From Fibrobacterota bacterium (GTDB taxonomy: Bacteria; Fibrobacterota; Fibrobacteria; UBA11236), in the NCBI GenBank assembly GCA_043753995.1, contig JAYUVP010000314.1:1-32012 (forward strand): 32,012 nucleotides of DNA, in the 5' to 3' direction. The notes beneath the pieces were generated by a model, which was given only the letters and a program-made list of their open reading frames with translations, was not told where the DNA came from and searched no databases. The position numbers and the translations under genes are program-made. Below are positions 9,972 to 19,658 of this stretch, one piece after another. Within the stretch, counting starts at the first letter, position 1. Each line of letters opens with the position of its first letter.

Positions 9972-10616
9972 ATGCAAATCGAGATTTGGTCCGACATTGT
10001 CTGCCCCTGGTGCAGCATAGGCAAACGCCGCTTCGACAAAGCCCTGGAGCAATTCGAGCACAGGCAAGACGTGCAAATATCCTGGCGAAGCTTTGAATTG
10101 GATCCCCATACGGAAAACGATTTCGAGGGTACGCTCAATCAATGGCTTGCCGATCGCAAGGGCATTGCCCTGTCGCAAGCCGAAGCGATGAATGCGCATG
10201 TATCGGACCTGGCAGCCAAGGAAGGCTTGAACTTTCAATTGCATCAAGCCAGGCCAGCCAATACCTTTCTCGCCCATCGCTTGACGCATTATGCCGCGAC
10301 GCAAAACCTGCGCGAGGCCATGACGAAAAGGCTGCATCAGGCCTATTTCAGTGATGGCGAAAACCTGAATGACGTCGAGACCTTGGTACGCTTGGCCCAC
10401 GAAGTAGGTCTCACCGCCTCCGCTGAAGAATTGACCGCCATGCTTCAGGGTGATGACTTTGCCGAAGCGGTGCGTGCCGAAGAAAAGCAAGCCGTCGAAT
10501 ACGGCATACGCGGCGTACCCTTTTTCCTCGTTGACGGAAAATTCGGAATATCTGGTGCCCAAGCCAGCGAGACTATTTTGGGCGCCTTGAGAAAAATCGC
10601 CTCAGGGCAGGTCTAA
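9972..10616 (+). CDS. DsbA-family oxidoreductase (FrnE-like)
   Basis: MQIEIWSDIVCPWC (CxxC), WRSFELDP, NTFLAHRL, GIRGVPFF (cis-Pro loop), ISGAQ. Confidence 0.92.
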   Translation: MQIEIWSDIVCPWCSIGKRRFDKALEQFEHRQDVQISWRSFELDPHTENDFEGTLNQWLADRKGIALSQAEAMNAHVSDLAAKEGLNFQLHQARPANTFLAHRLTHYAATQNLREAMTKRLHQAYFSDGENLNDVETLVRLAHEVGLTASAEELTAMLQGDDFAEAVRAEEKQAVEYGIRGVPFFLVDGKFGISGAQASETILGALRKIASGQV

Positions 10617-10624
10617 TTCCCGCC

Positions 10625-10659
10625 AAAAAAAACGCGGCCCGCTCTAAGAGCAGGGCCGC
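10625..10659 (-). terminator. Intrinsic terminator for the minus-strand small gene, possibly bidirectional with the convergent dsbA-like gene
   Basis: Hairpin GCGGCCC-GCTC-taa-GAGC-a-GGGCCGC (10634-10659) next to an A8 tract at 10625-10632, read as a U-tract on the minus strand. Confidence 0.7.
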
Positions 10660-10717
10660 AAAACGCTGAGACGGAAAAAGGCGAGGGCCAAGTCCATCGC
10701 GGGACCTGGGCTAGACC

Positions 10718-10822
10718 TTACTTCTTGCTTTCCTTCTTTTCCTTCTTCGCTTCGCGCTTCTCTTTCAGAGTTTTGGCGGGAGCCTTCTTGACGGTTTTTT
10801 CTACGTGGCGTTCTTTGGCCAT
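10718..10822 (-). CDS. 34-aa Lys/Glu-rich small basic protein (MAKERHVEKTVKKAPAKTLKEKREAKKEKKESKK), absent from the ORF track
   Basis: AGGAG Shine-Dalgarno 6 nt upstream of the ATG, clean TAA stop, downstream hairpins and terminator. Confidence 0.8.
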   Translation of the reverse strand: MAKERHVEKTVKKAPAKTLKEKREAKKEKKESKK

Positions 10823-11244
10823 GGGCGTCTCCTAGGATACAGGAATGAATTGCTTTCATTCCATGCTCGGAATAATAGCACCCCGAGCAAGCCTTCTACC
10901 AGTTGCCGTATGGGTTTGAGCCCGAAATAAAGCATGAGGAATAGGGGAATGGCGCCGGACATGGGTGCGATTGCCCATTCTCTTATCAAGAATGGCATCG
11001 ACAACCATTACACCCACGGGACCGCGATAACCGAGTATTCTCTGCCTTGGTGGCAAATTGAACCACGGTCGGCGATGGAGGCTGGCAATTCATCCAGGCT
11101 TGCCCCTCTCGTATCCACAAAGTGTCGCTCCCTTCATTGCGAAGGGTGATGGTGTCACCTTGAACAACTCCACGGGAGTTGCGAAGAGAGGCGATGTCAT
11201 AGCCTTTACGAGGCAAAATTCAAATCCGTTGTTCTTTGGGCTTT

Positions 11245-12621
11245 TCATTCCGAAATTCTTTTCCCTTGCAAGTCCAGCCTATTCCTGCCGAAGCGCGGAC
11301 TTTCCAAATAGAGCCCGCCTCGCCAAATTTGATTGTGCCTCAAAGCCAAGCTTGGCCTCATTTTTGATTCGGGGATGGCTTGCTGAGCCGGTGAAATCGA
11401 GGGGCCTTTCCAATAGCTGACGACCGTGCGATGCCCTTCGATTTGGCCGTCAGGGGAATGCTTCTTACTCCATGAAATCGTGACCTGACCCGAGGAGTCA
11501 TAAGAGCTTCCACCCGTAGTGACGAAGTGACCCAGGGAATTCCAATCCTCCCGACTGTATTCGACGACTCGGTTTTGAGAATCATATTTCTCGTTGTATG
11601 CGCTTATGAGCTCTAGTTTTCCCTCGACAAATTCATGATGGGTTTCCTTTTTCGTCTGACTGGGCTCCTCCTTTTCGACAATATCCATCGCCTGTAGCTG
11701 CCAATTGCCGTCCTCGGTCCATTTTGACACGAGCGTGGTTTCGGCTTGCATAGTGAGACCTCCGAAATATTGGTACTTGAATTTTGCCATGTCCTCAATG
11801 GATTCGTGAATCCTTTGACACAGCTCCGATTCACGTTTCTTTCCGCCCTGGTATCGATTGTTGATGATTTCCCAGGGCGACCAGGCATTTGCTTGCCACA
11901 AATCCTTTTCGTAGCGAATCAAGTGTCTTTCGGTATCATAGACCCATTGCTCGCGCCAATATCCCTCCGTCACCATGGATAGGGTCAGACCGGCGCTGTC
12001 ATGGTAGGTTGTCGTTTTCTCCTGCAAAGCGCCCGTCACAAAATCGTGGCGGGTTTCACGGACTATCAATCCTTTTTCATTCGTCTCTGTCTCTAAGCGG
12101 CTTTGAGTTATCCATGCGCCCTGAATAAAGGCCCGTCTTTCCTCCCGACTGAATTTCCCATTGGAAGGCGCGGACTTCCAATCTTGATAAGTCTCGATTA
12201 TCCCCTGTGCATTCAGGTTATTCGTGATAGTGGATACGCTTCCATCCGCATTCGCATACTGTTGCCTAAGCCCCCTTGAGAAGACACGGTCTCTCCACCC
12301 AGAGTCTGATTTATTTTGAAAGCGAATTCCGGAGAGTACGTGTTGTTCCTTATAGGTATAGGCACTTCGAGAAAAAATCATCACTCCGCTATCGTCTTGA
12401 AAACTGGAACTCTCACTGACAATATCACCGCTGTCATTATATTGACTAGTGTGATGAATAATCATTTGCCAAGCCCCACCCACCCAAATAAAGGCCCGTT
12501 GATCTGCAGGTCGTTCCGAAGGATTTTCTAGGAAAAAACCCCACTTAGACTTCAATATTTGGGTGGAGGCAAGGCCGTCGACCACAAGGAGAAATAGCAG
12601 ACCATGGAAAACAGGTTTCAT
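11245..12621 (-). CDS. Secreted hypothetical protein with Tyr/Trp-rich beta-hairpin (YD-like) repeats and a short C-terminal LDLQGKR tail
   Basis: Signal-like N-terminus MKPVFHGLLFLLVVDGLAS; recurring Y-x-Y-D..G....W....W pattern (e.g. EKYDSQNRVVEYSREDWNS, SSYDSSGQV). Confidence 0.75.
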   Translation of the reverse strand: MKPVFHGLLFLLVVDGLASTQILKSKWGFFLENPSERPADQRAFIWVGGAWQMIIHHTSQYNDSGDIVSESSSFQDDSGVMIFSRSAYTYKEQHVLSGIRFQNKSDSGWRDRVFSRGLRQQYANADGSVSTITNNLNAQGIIETYQDWKSAPSNGKFSREERRAFIQGAWITQSRLETETNEKGLIVRETRHDFVTGALQEKTTTYHDSAGLTLSMVTEGYWREQWVYDTERHLIRYEKDLWQANAWSPWEIINNRYQGGKKRESELCQRIHESIEDMAKFKYQYFGGLTMQAETTLVSKWTEDGNWQLQAMDIVEKEEPSQTKKETHHEFVEGKLELISAYNEKYDSQNRVVEYSREDWNSLGHFVTTGGSSYDSSGQVTISWSKKHSPDGQIEGHRTVVSYWKGPSISPAQQAIPESKMRPSLALRHNQIWRGGLYLESPRFGRNRLDLQGKRISE

Positions 12622-12789
12622 TCCGTCCTGTTCAGCAAGACTCAGACCCAATTCTCAGGTCGAGATCCTTGTTATGGATCTGCCGAAATCGCCTCCCAAT
12701 CAAGACTGTGCGGGCATGGCAGCCCATTCGTCAGGCAAGACTTTCCTAACCCCGGCGGAAAACGGAAATAAATACCCGGTTAAGGCTCG

Positions 12790-15405
12790 TTAATCCCCAA
12801 GACCACTCAATCGCAGGACGGGCAATCCCGCCGCCTTGGAGGCTCCCAGGTCAACGCGAAAATCCACACGGCCGTCATTATGGCCCTCATGATCCTGTAA
12901 CATCTGGGTGACATTCCAAAATCCGGCTTCTTCGTGGCCGACGACGGTGTGTAGAAGCGCGCGGCCTTCGACATCCAGGCGAAAGGCCCCGTGACCGGCG
13001 CGATACGCCTCCAGCCATGCCCTGAGGCGATCTTCGTTCAGCGGCTGCCCGGTCGCATCCAGTGCGATTTGACCGGCCGCTTCTTCCAACCCTTCGCTGA
13101 GGGCGCCCAAGGCTCCGGAGAAATCATAGCGCGCCAAGGCAGCGAGAAAACTGAAAATACGCATGCGAATGGCAGCCAAAAAGGCCTTGGCATCAGCGGT
13201 AATGTCGCGAGCCGCAGCCTCCGCGGCCGCTTCGGCTCCCGGCGGCAAAAGTTCGGCTTTTTCTTCGGGGCGATAATTGGGATCGTTCAGCCTTTCCCAT
13301 TCTTCCAGCAAGCTCGAATCAACGCGGCGCAGCATTTCTCCGAAGAAAACCTCCATGTCGCGCACGGCCTCGGTTTTGGCGGACTCGGGCACGCTATGCG
13401 AAAGCACCTTGTAAACGCTATTGAGATGGCGCAGCAAGAGACCTTCGGAACGCTCCAGGCCATAGTCTTTTACATAATTGGAAAAGGTGAAATAGCCTTC
13501 CAGCATTTCCCTGGCGATGGACTTGGGGCGAATATTATCCGTGCCGAGCCAAGGATGCTTTTCGCTGAAAGTGTTAAAAGTGTCGTAAACGAAATCACGC
13601 AATGGCTTGGGATATTCCATGGCCTCCAGCTCGGCAATGCGCTGATCGTATTCGACGCCTTGGGCCTTGAGTTCGGTCATGCGCTGAGTCTTGAGCTTGT
13701 CGAGTTGGCGACGCAAGACTTGATCGGGGTTTTCCAAAATGGCTTCAGCCAAGGTGAGAACGTCGAGAGAATGATCGGGATGCTCGACGTCGAGTAAGGG
13801 CAAGGTGTCGAGCAGATACAGCGACAATTCCTGATCCATGGAAAAATTGCTTTGCAAATCGACATTCACCCGCAATTTGGGTGCGTCACCGCGGCGTTCT
13901 TCGAGGGACGTCACTTGCACAATACCCCGGTCGACCAGAGTCCGGAAAAGCTGGAAGGCGCGCTTGCGATGCGCCTGCTTATCCCTCTCGCTTTCATGGC
14001 TGGCATCGATCAAATCGCGCATGGCCCGGCAACCGTCGCCGGGGCGGGAAAGCACATTGAGCAACATGCCATGGGTGATTTGAAAACGCGAAGTCAGCCT
14101 TTCGGGCTGGGCATCGATGAGACGCTCGAAAGTGCTTTTGTCCCAAGGGACATAGCCTTTTTCAGGGGGCTTGCGCTTAACGAATTTCTTTCCGTTTTGG
14201 CTGCTCTTCGCGGCCAGTTTCAAATTATCGATGACATGCTCGGGGGCCTGTGCCACCACATAACCGACATCATCATAACCCTTGCGTCCCGCGCGTCCCG
14301 AGATTTGATGAAAGTCACGCGCCGTGAGTATGGCGGTTTTGTCGCCTGAATATTTGCAAAGCTGGGTGAAAAGCACCGTTCGTATGGGCACGTTCACGCC
14401 CACGCCCAAGGTGTCCGTGCCGCAAATGACTTTGAGCAAGCCTTGCTGCGCCAGCTTCTCGATCAAGATGCGGTATTTGGGTAAGAGTCCCGCATGGTGC
14501 AGGCCTATGCCCTGGCGCAACCAACGTTTGAGATCGGGGCCATAAGGGCTGGAAAAGCGAAAGCCTTCGAGGGCTTTGGCGATGGCCGCCTTCTCTTCCT
14601 TGGTGCATAGTTCAAGGCTTGTGAAGCTTTGAGCATTCATGGCCGCGTCGGCCTGGGTGAAATGCACGACATAGACCGGAGCCTTGCCCTCGCGCACCAG
14701 CCTTTGCACGGCTTCAGTGAGACCATCTTCCGAGTAGGTGAAATGCAAGGGCACGGGCCTATCGGTTGATTTCACCGTGACGGTTTCACGTCCATTCAAA
14801 TCGGTGAGGGCCTTCTCAAAGAAAACCGTCTCGCCGAGAGTCGCCGACATGAGCATGAAGCGCGTCTTGGCCAAGGCCAGCAGGGGTATTTGCCATGCTA
14901 CCCCCCGATCGCGATCGGAGTAATAGTGGAATTCATCCATCACGACATCGCCTACACTCGCTTGCTCGCCTTCCGAGAGGGCAATATTGGAAAGGATTTC
15001 CGCCGTGCAGCACAAGATGGGCGCATCGCGATTCACGGTGGCGTCACCCGTCGAAAGACCCACATTCTCGGCGCCGAATTCACGGCACAGAGCCATCCAC
15101 TTTTCATTCACCAAGGCCTTGATGGGACAGGTATAAACCGATCGCCTACCTTGCGCCAAAGACTGAAAATGCAAGGCCGAAGCTACCAAGCTTTTGCCCG
15201 AGCCCGTGGGCGTATTCAAAATGACATTGCGGCCCTCGAAGAGTTCGAGTATGGCATTCTCTTGCGCGGGATAAAGCGTGAGTCCACGCATTTTTGCCCA
15301 ATCGAGAAAGCTGTCGAGCAGAAAGCCATTGTCGGCGCGCTGCGCGGCATCGGCGCCGGTGAGAATGTCGGAAAGCGTGATAGAACGGGGCGTAGTGGGC
15401 GGCAT
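12790..15405 (-). CDS. Ski2/HelY-like DEAD/DEAH-box helicase with C-terminal DUF3516-type domain
   Basis: LYPAQ (Q motif), [66 protein letters not shown]. Confidence 0.93.
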   Translation of the reverse strand: MPPTTPRSITLSDILTGADAAQRADNGFLLDSFLDWAKMRGLTLYPAQENAILELFEGRNVILNTPTGSGKSLVASALHFQSLAQGRRSVYTCPIKALVNEKWMALCREFGAENVGLSTGDATVNRDAPILCCTAEILSNIALSEGEQASVGDVVMDEFHYYSDRDRGVAWQIPLLALAKTRFMLMSATLGETVFFEKALTDLNGRETVTVKSTDRPVPLHFTYSEDGLTEAVQRLVREGKAPVYVVHFTQADAAMNAQSFTSLELCTKEEKAAIAKALEGFRFSSPYGPDLKRWLRQGIGLHHAGLLPKYRILIEKLAQQGLLKVICGTDTLGVGVNVPIRTVLFTQLCKYSGDKTAILTARDFHQISGRAGRKGYDDVGYVVAQAPEHVIDNLKLAAKSSQNGKKFVKRKPPEKGYVPWDKSTFERLIDAQPERLTSRFQITHGMLLNVLSRPGDGCRAMRDLIDASHESERDKQAHRKRAFQLFRTLVDRGIVQVTSLEERRGDAPKLRVNVDLQSNFSMDQELSLYLLDTLPLLDVEHPDHSLDVLTLAEAILENPDQVLRRQLDKLKTQRMTELKAQGVEYDQRIAELEAMEYPKPLRDFVYDTFNTFSEKHPWLGTDNIRPKSIAREMLEGYFTFSNYVKDYGLERSEGLLLRHLNSVYKVLSHSVPESAKTEAVRDMEVFFGEMLRRVDSSLLEEWERLNDPNYRPEEKAELLPPGAEAAAEAAARDITADAKAFLAAIRMRIFSFLAALARYDFSGALGALSEGLEEAAGQIALDATGQPLNEDRLRAWLEAYRAGHGAFRLDVEGRALLHTVVGHEEAGFWNVTQMLQDHEGHNDGRVDFRVDLGASKAAGLPVLRLSGLGD

Positions 15406-15480
15406 GGGGACGGAAAACTAGGTCAATTGCACCAGAAGCATGAATTATAGATGAGTCCTGGATTTTGATTTACATAAGCC

Positions 15481-16380
15481 ATGGTGCGCCAGCTTTTTGT
15501 TTGGATTCTCTTATGCCTCATCTGGGGTTCGACTTGGGCCGTCATCAAGGTCGGTTTGCGCGATTTGCCGCCCATCACCTTCGCCGCCCTTCGTTTTATG
15601 ATCGCCGTCAGCATCCTGCTAGGCTTTGCCCTTCTGCGCCGTGCAAAACTGCCGCGCTCGCGGGAAGAATGGCAATTGCTCGCGACGACCGGCTTTTTGC
15701 AATTTACCGTCAACTATGGCCTGGTTTTTTGGAGCGAGAAATACATTTCGTCCGGTTTGGCCGCGCTTTTACAGGCAACCATACCCCTTTTCGGGCTGCT
15801 CCTTGCCCATCGATATTTACCGGATGAGCCCGTCACCGCAAGAAAGCTCGTCGGAATTGGGATCGGTCTCTTGGGATTGGGTATCATCTTTTCGGATCAA
15901 TTCAAAATCGGCGGAGCGTGGTCCCTCTGGGCAAGCGCCGCCATGCTCATAGGCGCTTTCGCATCCGCCTATAGCGGCGTGCTAGTCAAAATGAAGGGCG
16001 CCAATTTCGACATCTCCGTGCTAGTCTCCGGGCAAATGCTCTGCGGGCTTGTGCCGCTAATCGTTTATGGCCTCCTCCAGGAAGGGAATCCATTCCAGTT
16101 GCATTGGACCCTCACCGCCATCGCGTCGGTATTTTATCTCGCGATAATCGGGACTGTCCTCGCCTTTATGCTTTACTATTGGCTTGTGCGTCACATGGAT
16201 GTGACGAAAACCCAATTGATCTCCCTCGTCATACCCATTGTCGCGGTTTTGATTGGCGTCCTCCTTTTAAAGGAACCGGTGACATGGCGCCTCGCGCTAG
16301 GTGGGGCGGGGATATTTATCGGTATTGGTCTGATTGTCCTGCGACCACCTACGACCTCGTGCAAACTGTCCCGTTTTTAG
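15481..16380 (+). CDS. EamA/DMT-family transporter
   Basis: About 10 hydrophobic helices; IWGSTW..PPITFAALRF, SSGLAALL..PLF, YLAIIGTVLAF, PIVAVLIG..LLKEP. Confidence 0.92.
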   Translation: MVRQLFVWILLCLIWGSTWAVIKVGLRDLPPITFAALRFMIAVSILLGFALLRRAKLPRSREEWQLLATTGFLQFTVNYGLVFWSEKYISSGLAALLQATIPLFGLLLAHRYLPDEPVTARKLVGIGIGLLGLGIIFSDQFKIGGAWSLWASAAMLIGAFASAYSGVLVKMKGANFDISVLVSGQMLCGLVPLIVYGLLQEGNPFQLHWTLTAIASVFYLAIIGTVLAFMLYYWLVRHMDVTKTQLISLVIPIVAVLIGVLLLKEPVTWRLALGGAGIFIGIGLIVLRPPTTSCKLSRF

Positions 16381-16558
16381 GACTCCTTTTTAATAGCCGG
16401 AAGACGAAAGCATGCGCGAAAGAGTTGGGTGATGTAGCGGTCCTTCCCGCCAGCTTTGATCGGCCTCTGCCGATCGGAATCAGTCAAAGTGACGAACGAA
16501 AAGTATCTTGCATTACCGATTTATCCTTAGCGAGGCACCCGTGAAAATATTGCTTTCA

Positions 16559-17077
16559 ATGAAATCCTCCTATCTCTTTCTTCTCGCCATTTTATTTTTC
16601 GGGTGTCTAGCGCCGCAACAAAGCGATTCCGATGCTAGTTGCGGAAAACACAATGAAAAATATTTCAACAACAGCATACCGGGAAATTTGAAAGGGTGCT
16701 GGGGAGATTCGCTAAATAGTTTTACTTGCTTTTTCGACAGCACCTACCTTTGGTATACCGAACAGCCAAGGACCCACAAAAGCATGGTTTGTGGCGATCT
16801 CGCTCTTCAGTCAAACTCCTATTCCTATTCCAATGGAGTATCCGAAACATGGGCATTTATCGATTCGATTTGGCAGAAAACGTCTTGGCAGAAATATGTG
16901 AATGGCAATTCAAGTTATGTGACTTTATTCGGAGATACCCTCGTAAATATCCAGTATAATTCTAATCCCTATTATTGCCAGCCGATATCAGAAAGTTTTA
17001 GGACGCCTAAACTTTCAATCGCTCCGCCGGATTCCATTATTCACCATTGCGATAGTCTTGGTTTCAAGACGAATTAA
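16559..17077 (+). CDS. Hypothetical Cys-containing lipoprotein
   Basis: MKSSYLFLLAILFFGC lipobox; several further Cys; alternative GTG start at 16541 with GAGG upstream. Confidence 0.7.
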   Translation: MKSSYLFLLAILFFGCLAPQQSDSDASCGKHNEKYFNNSIPGNLKGCWGDSLNSFTCFFDSTYLWYTEQPRTHKSMVCGDLALQSNSYSYSNGVSETWAFIDSIWQKTSWQKYVNGNSSYVTLFGDTLVNIQYNSNPYYCQPISESFRTPKLSIAPPDSIIHHCDSLGFKTN

Positions 17078-17104
17078 GGTCGATTTGTATGCGAAGCATT
17101 CACT

Positions 17105-17579
17105 TCATTGGAATTGATAGTGCTTCAACTGTCTTCCGCTGTCGCAGGATTCGAATGCATAGTCCCATTTGTGATTCGGTGCCACTCTCTTCATGATGGG
17201 TGACTGTGCATCTTCATCTTGAAAAATCCAATCTCCTAAATCTTGACTGGTTCGCATGATAAAGGTTTTATTCGGAGAAATGGAAATTCCATTCTTGATG
17301 CATGCCTCTCCGGTAGTGGCCCAAACTTCTTTTGGAAAGATTCCCAGTGAGGCTAATAAGGCCAAGGTGGAGTCTGGCTTCCCACGCTAGGGCAAGGCTG
17401 TGTAAACGATATACTGATACCAGATTTCCGAACTATCGGCCTCATTGTTTGGGTATTGGGAATGCACTTCTATCTGCGGGTTTAGTGGCTGACCTTCATC
17501 GACTAAACAACCGGAAAACAAGAGAATGCCCAATTGCGCGGAGCCGTGTCGCCGACTCCGTATTGGTTATAGACTTCAA
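17105..17579 (-). pseudogene. Disrupted lipoprotein gene (in-frame TAG at 17387-17389 and a probable frameshift near the start)
   Basis: One frame reads LGILLFSGC-LVDEGQP...VYTALP*RGKPDSTLALLASLGIFPKEVW...HYQFQ*. The lipobox lies upstream of the stop. A basic N-region (TTG 17579, MKSITNTESATRLRA) is 1 nt out of frame. Confidence 0.6.
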
Positions 17580-17656
17580 GAAAAAGAAATCGGTAACCTT
17601 TGATTTTTCGATCCCCTCAAGGGGTTATAATCAGAATACTCGCTTCAGGATCCTTC

Positions 17657-19033
17657 ATGAAAAGCCGCCTATTCATTTTGCTTGGACTTTGCGCCTCCAC
17701 CGCGCTGGCGAATTGGGCCTTTGAACCCGTGCCGGTCAATACCAATGCCGGTGAACCCAATCCCCACTGGAATAGCGGTGGCCGCCGCATGGTGAGAATC
17801 CATAACCAGACCCTGGTTCTGGCTCCGACGAGCGGCGGCGGTGAAAAAATCTGGAGAAGTACGAATAGTGGAGCCTCCTGGAATGAAATCGACGCGGACG
17901 GGGCCTACAGCGGCTCCTTGATTTCAGGGCCTGATTCCATGGTTTATCACTTCTATATCGATCGCGGCGCGGGTGGCATTAACATGGTGCGCTTCAAGTA
18001 CAATGCCGAGGTGATACCGGCTCCGATAGTGGTTTATTCCAATACGGCCCTTTGCTCTTCCCAAGTCATTTCCGAATACCAAAGCCTGAATGCCACCGTC
18101 GATTCTTCGGGAACGCTCTATGTCGCCACGCATTGGGGCGCAACCGCCGATGCGATTTATGTGTTTGCTTCCAAGGATGATGGAATGACATGGTCTCAAC
18201 CCGTGCGCGTGGATGCCGACACCCGCAACTGGTTTTATCCACAGATGGAAGTCGATGCCGCGAATCGCATTCACATGACTTATCAGCAGCATAATGGCTC
18301 GGGCAATTATATCCTGCTCGCGAGCAGTGCGGATCAGGGAAAAACGTGGAGCAATAAAACCATCAGCCAAAGGATTGGCTCGACTTTTCATGCCAACCCC
18401 TCCTTGCTCACTGCAGGTTCGGACACCCTATGGATTTTTGTTCAGGGCGAATCGCCGAATGGCTTATTGGTCACAAGATCCACCGATGCCGGCAAAACCT
18501 TTAGCGCTTTCACCCTCATCGAGCCGACTTGCGGCTATGGCGATCCCAGCGCGGCCCTGGGAGCAGATGGAAAAATCTATGTGGCCTTCCGTAGCAGCCG
18601 CAATACGGGTGCTTCAGGCGGTTGCGGCGATATGTCTCGCGAAAAGGTGGCGGTTTCCGCTGACGGGGGAGGCACATGGAACGCCGTGGACAGCCTTTAC
18701 AATGCCTCGCGCACCGGAACACGATCGCAAATGCGCTATCAAACTTGGTGGAATTATGGCGGTCCCTTGGAATGGATTTGGATGCAATACCATTCCTCGA
18801 GCCAACCTATTTATTATGACAGGAATATTGATATCCCTATCGCAAGTCGAAATTCACTTCCCGGTTTACCCGTCGGTCTCAAGGCGAACAAGGCCTCGCA
18901 TGCCAAGGCGGGAGGGCAAATTCGAGACTTTCCTGGTGCTGCAAAATTGAAATTCCGAAGAATAGAAGACTCAAGAATCACGATTGAAATTCATGATTGC
19001 AACGGGCGTCAAGTGAGAGGCCCACTGCCATAG
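17657..19033 (+). CDS. Secreted BNR/Asp-box beta-propeller (sialidase-fold) protein
   Basis: Signal peptide MKSRLFILLGLCASTALA; five Asp-boxes STNSGASW, SKDDGMTW, SADQGKTW, STDAGKTF, SADGGGTW; C-terminal IHDCNGRQV. Confidence 0.85.
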   Translation: MKSRLFILLGLCASTALANWAFEPVPVNTNAGEPNPHWNSGGRRMVRIHNQTLVLAPTSGGGEKIWRSTNSGASWNEIDADGAYSGSLISGPDSMVYHFYIDRGAGGINMVRFKYNAEVIPAPIVVYSNTALCSSQVISEYQSLNATVDSSGTLYVATHWGATADAIYVFASKDDGMTWSQPVRVDADTRNWFYPQMEVDAANRIHMTYQQHNGSGNYILLASSADQGKTWSNKTISQRIGSTFHANPSLLTAGSDTLWIFVQGESPNGLLVTRSTDAGKTFSAFTLIEPTCGYGDPSAALGADGKIYVAFRSSRNTGASGGCGDMSREKVAVSADGGGTWNAVDSLYNASRTGTRSQMRYQTWWNYGGPLEWIWMQYHSSSQPIYYDRNIDIPIASRNSLPGLPVGLKANKASHAKAGGQIRDFPGAAKLKFRRIEDSRITIEIHDCNGRQVRGPLP

Positions 19034-19115
19034 GGCCACAGCGTTTGCAAGCGGATGGCATAACTCCCGTATCCCGCTTCGAGCAGATGGAGGAGGTGAT
19101 ACGACTCTGAGAGGG

Positions 19116-19478
19116 TCACTGGCTGATGCTGATGCTGTCTGCGGAATGAATCTGGATGTGGTAAACCTTGGTCATGGCATATCCGTTGCTGAAGTAGCCG
19201 AATCTACGGATATACGGTTCATTCGCAGCCAACGAAGAGTATACGAATCCGCCATCACCCGGCGGCAGGGTGAAGACCTTCATGACAGAATCGGTGGCGC
19301 CGAATTCGGTGATCTGCTGGCAATCCGAGGTGTTTTCGATGCAGACTTTTATACCGGAAACCGCCCCATCCGATTTATTCGAAAGTGTTATTGAAACCTG
19401 GTTATGTGCATCGTATTCGGTGGAGCATCCCAGGAAACAACCCATGGCGGCAATAGAGAGCAAGGTTACCCTTTTCAT
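19116..19478 (-). CDS. Small hypothetical lipoprotein (beta-sandwich-like)
   Basis: MKRVTLLSIAAMGCFLGC lipobox; AAGGA upstream; 120 aa. Confidence 0.7.
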   Translation of the reverse strand: MKRVTLLSIAAMGCFLGCSTEYDAHNQVSITLSNKSDGAVSGIKVCIENTSDCQQITEFGATDSVMKVFTLPPGDGGFVYSSLAANEPYIRRFGYFSNGYAMTKVYHIQIHSADSISISQ

Positions 19479-19553
19479 ATTCATCATCCTTTTTCTTGCC
19501 ATGGGCATGCAGGGGATAATGTACAGATAACCATGCCCACAAACCAATGGAGG

Positions 19554-19634
19554 TGCCCCTTGGGGCAGTGGGGGTAGGCTGAGACCCCGCAAGCGCAGCG
19601 CGGAGGCTCGGCCGAGGGGGAGACGCTCTCCCCC
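19554..19634. repeat. GC-rich multi-hairpin intergenic element (REP/MITE-like or structured RNA)
   Basis: TGCCCC-tt-GGGGCA (19554-19567); GGCTGAG..CCGC..GCGG..CTCGGCC (19577-19613); GGGGGAGA-cgc-TCTCCCCC (19616-19634). Confidence 0.45.
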
Positions 19635-19658
19635 ATTGAAATTAATTTGAGACCGAAA

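Noticed and set aside
10644..10859. 71-aa minus-strand ORF from the ORF track
   Set aside because: The overlapping 34-aa frame has the SD, coherent composition and downstream terminator; the 71-aa frame runs through the hairpins
11245..12621. RHS/YD polymorphic toxin
   Set aside because: No RHS core (PxxxxDPxG) and no clear toxin-immunity pair; the repeats are only loosely YD-like
12790..15405. Helicase as part of an anti-phage defence system
   Set aside because: It resembles the widespread stand-alone DUF3516 Ski2-like helicase, with no nuclease, methylase or other defence partner adjacent
16395..16490. c-di-GMP or other riboswitch upstream of the lipoprotein
   Set aside because: A GAAA-containing segment is present, but the conserved GEMM P1/P2 elements could not be matched
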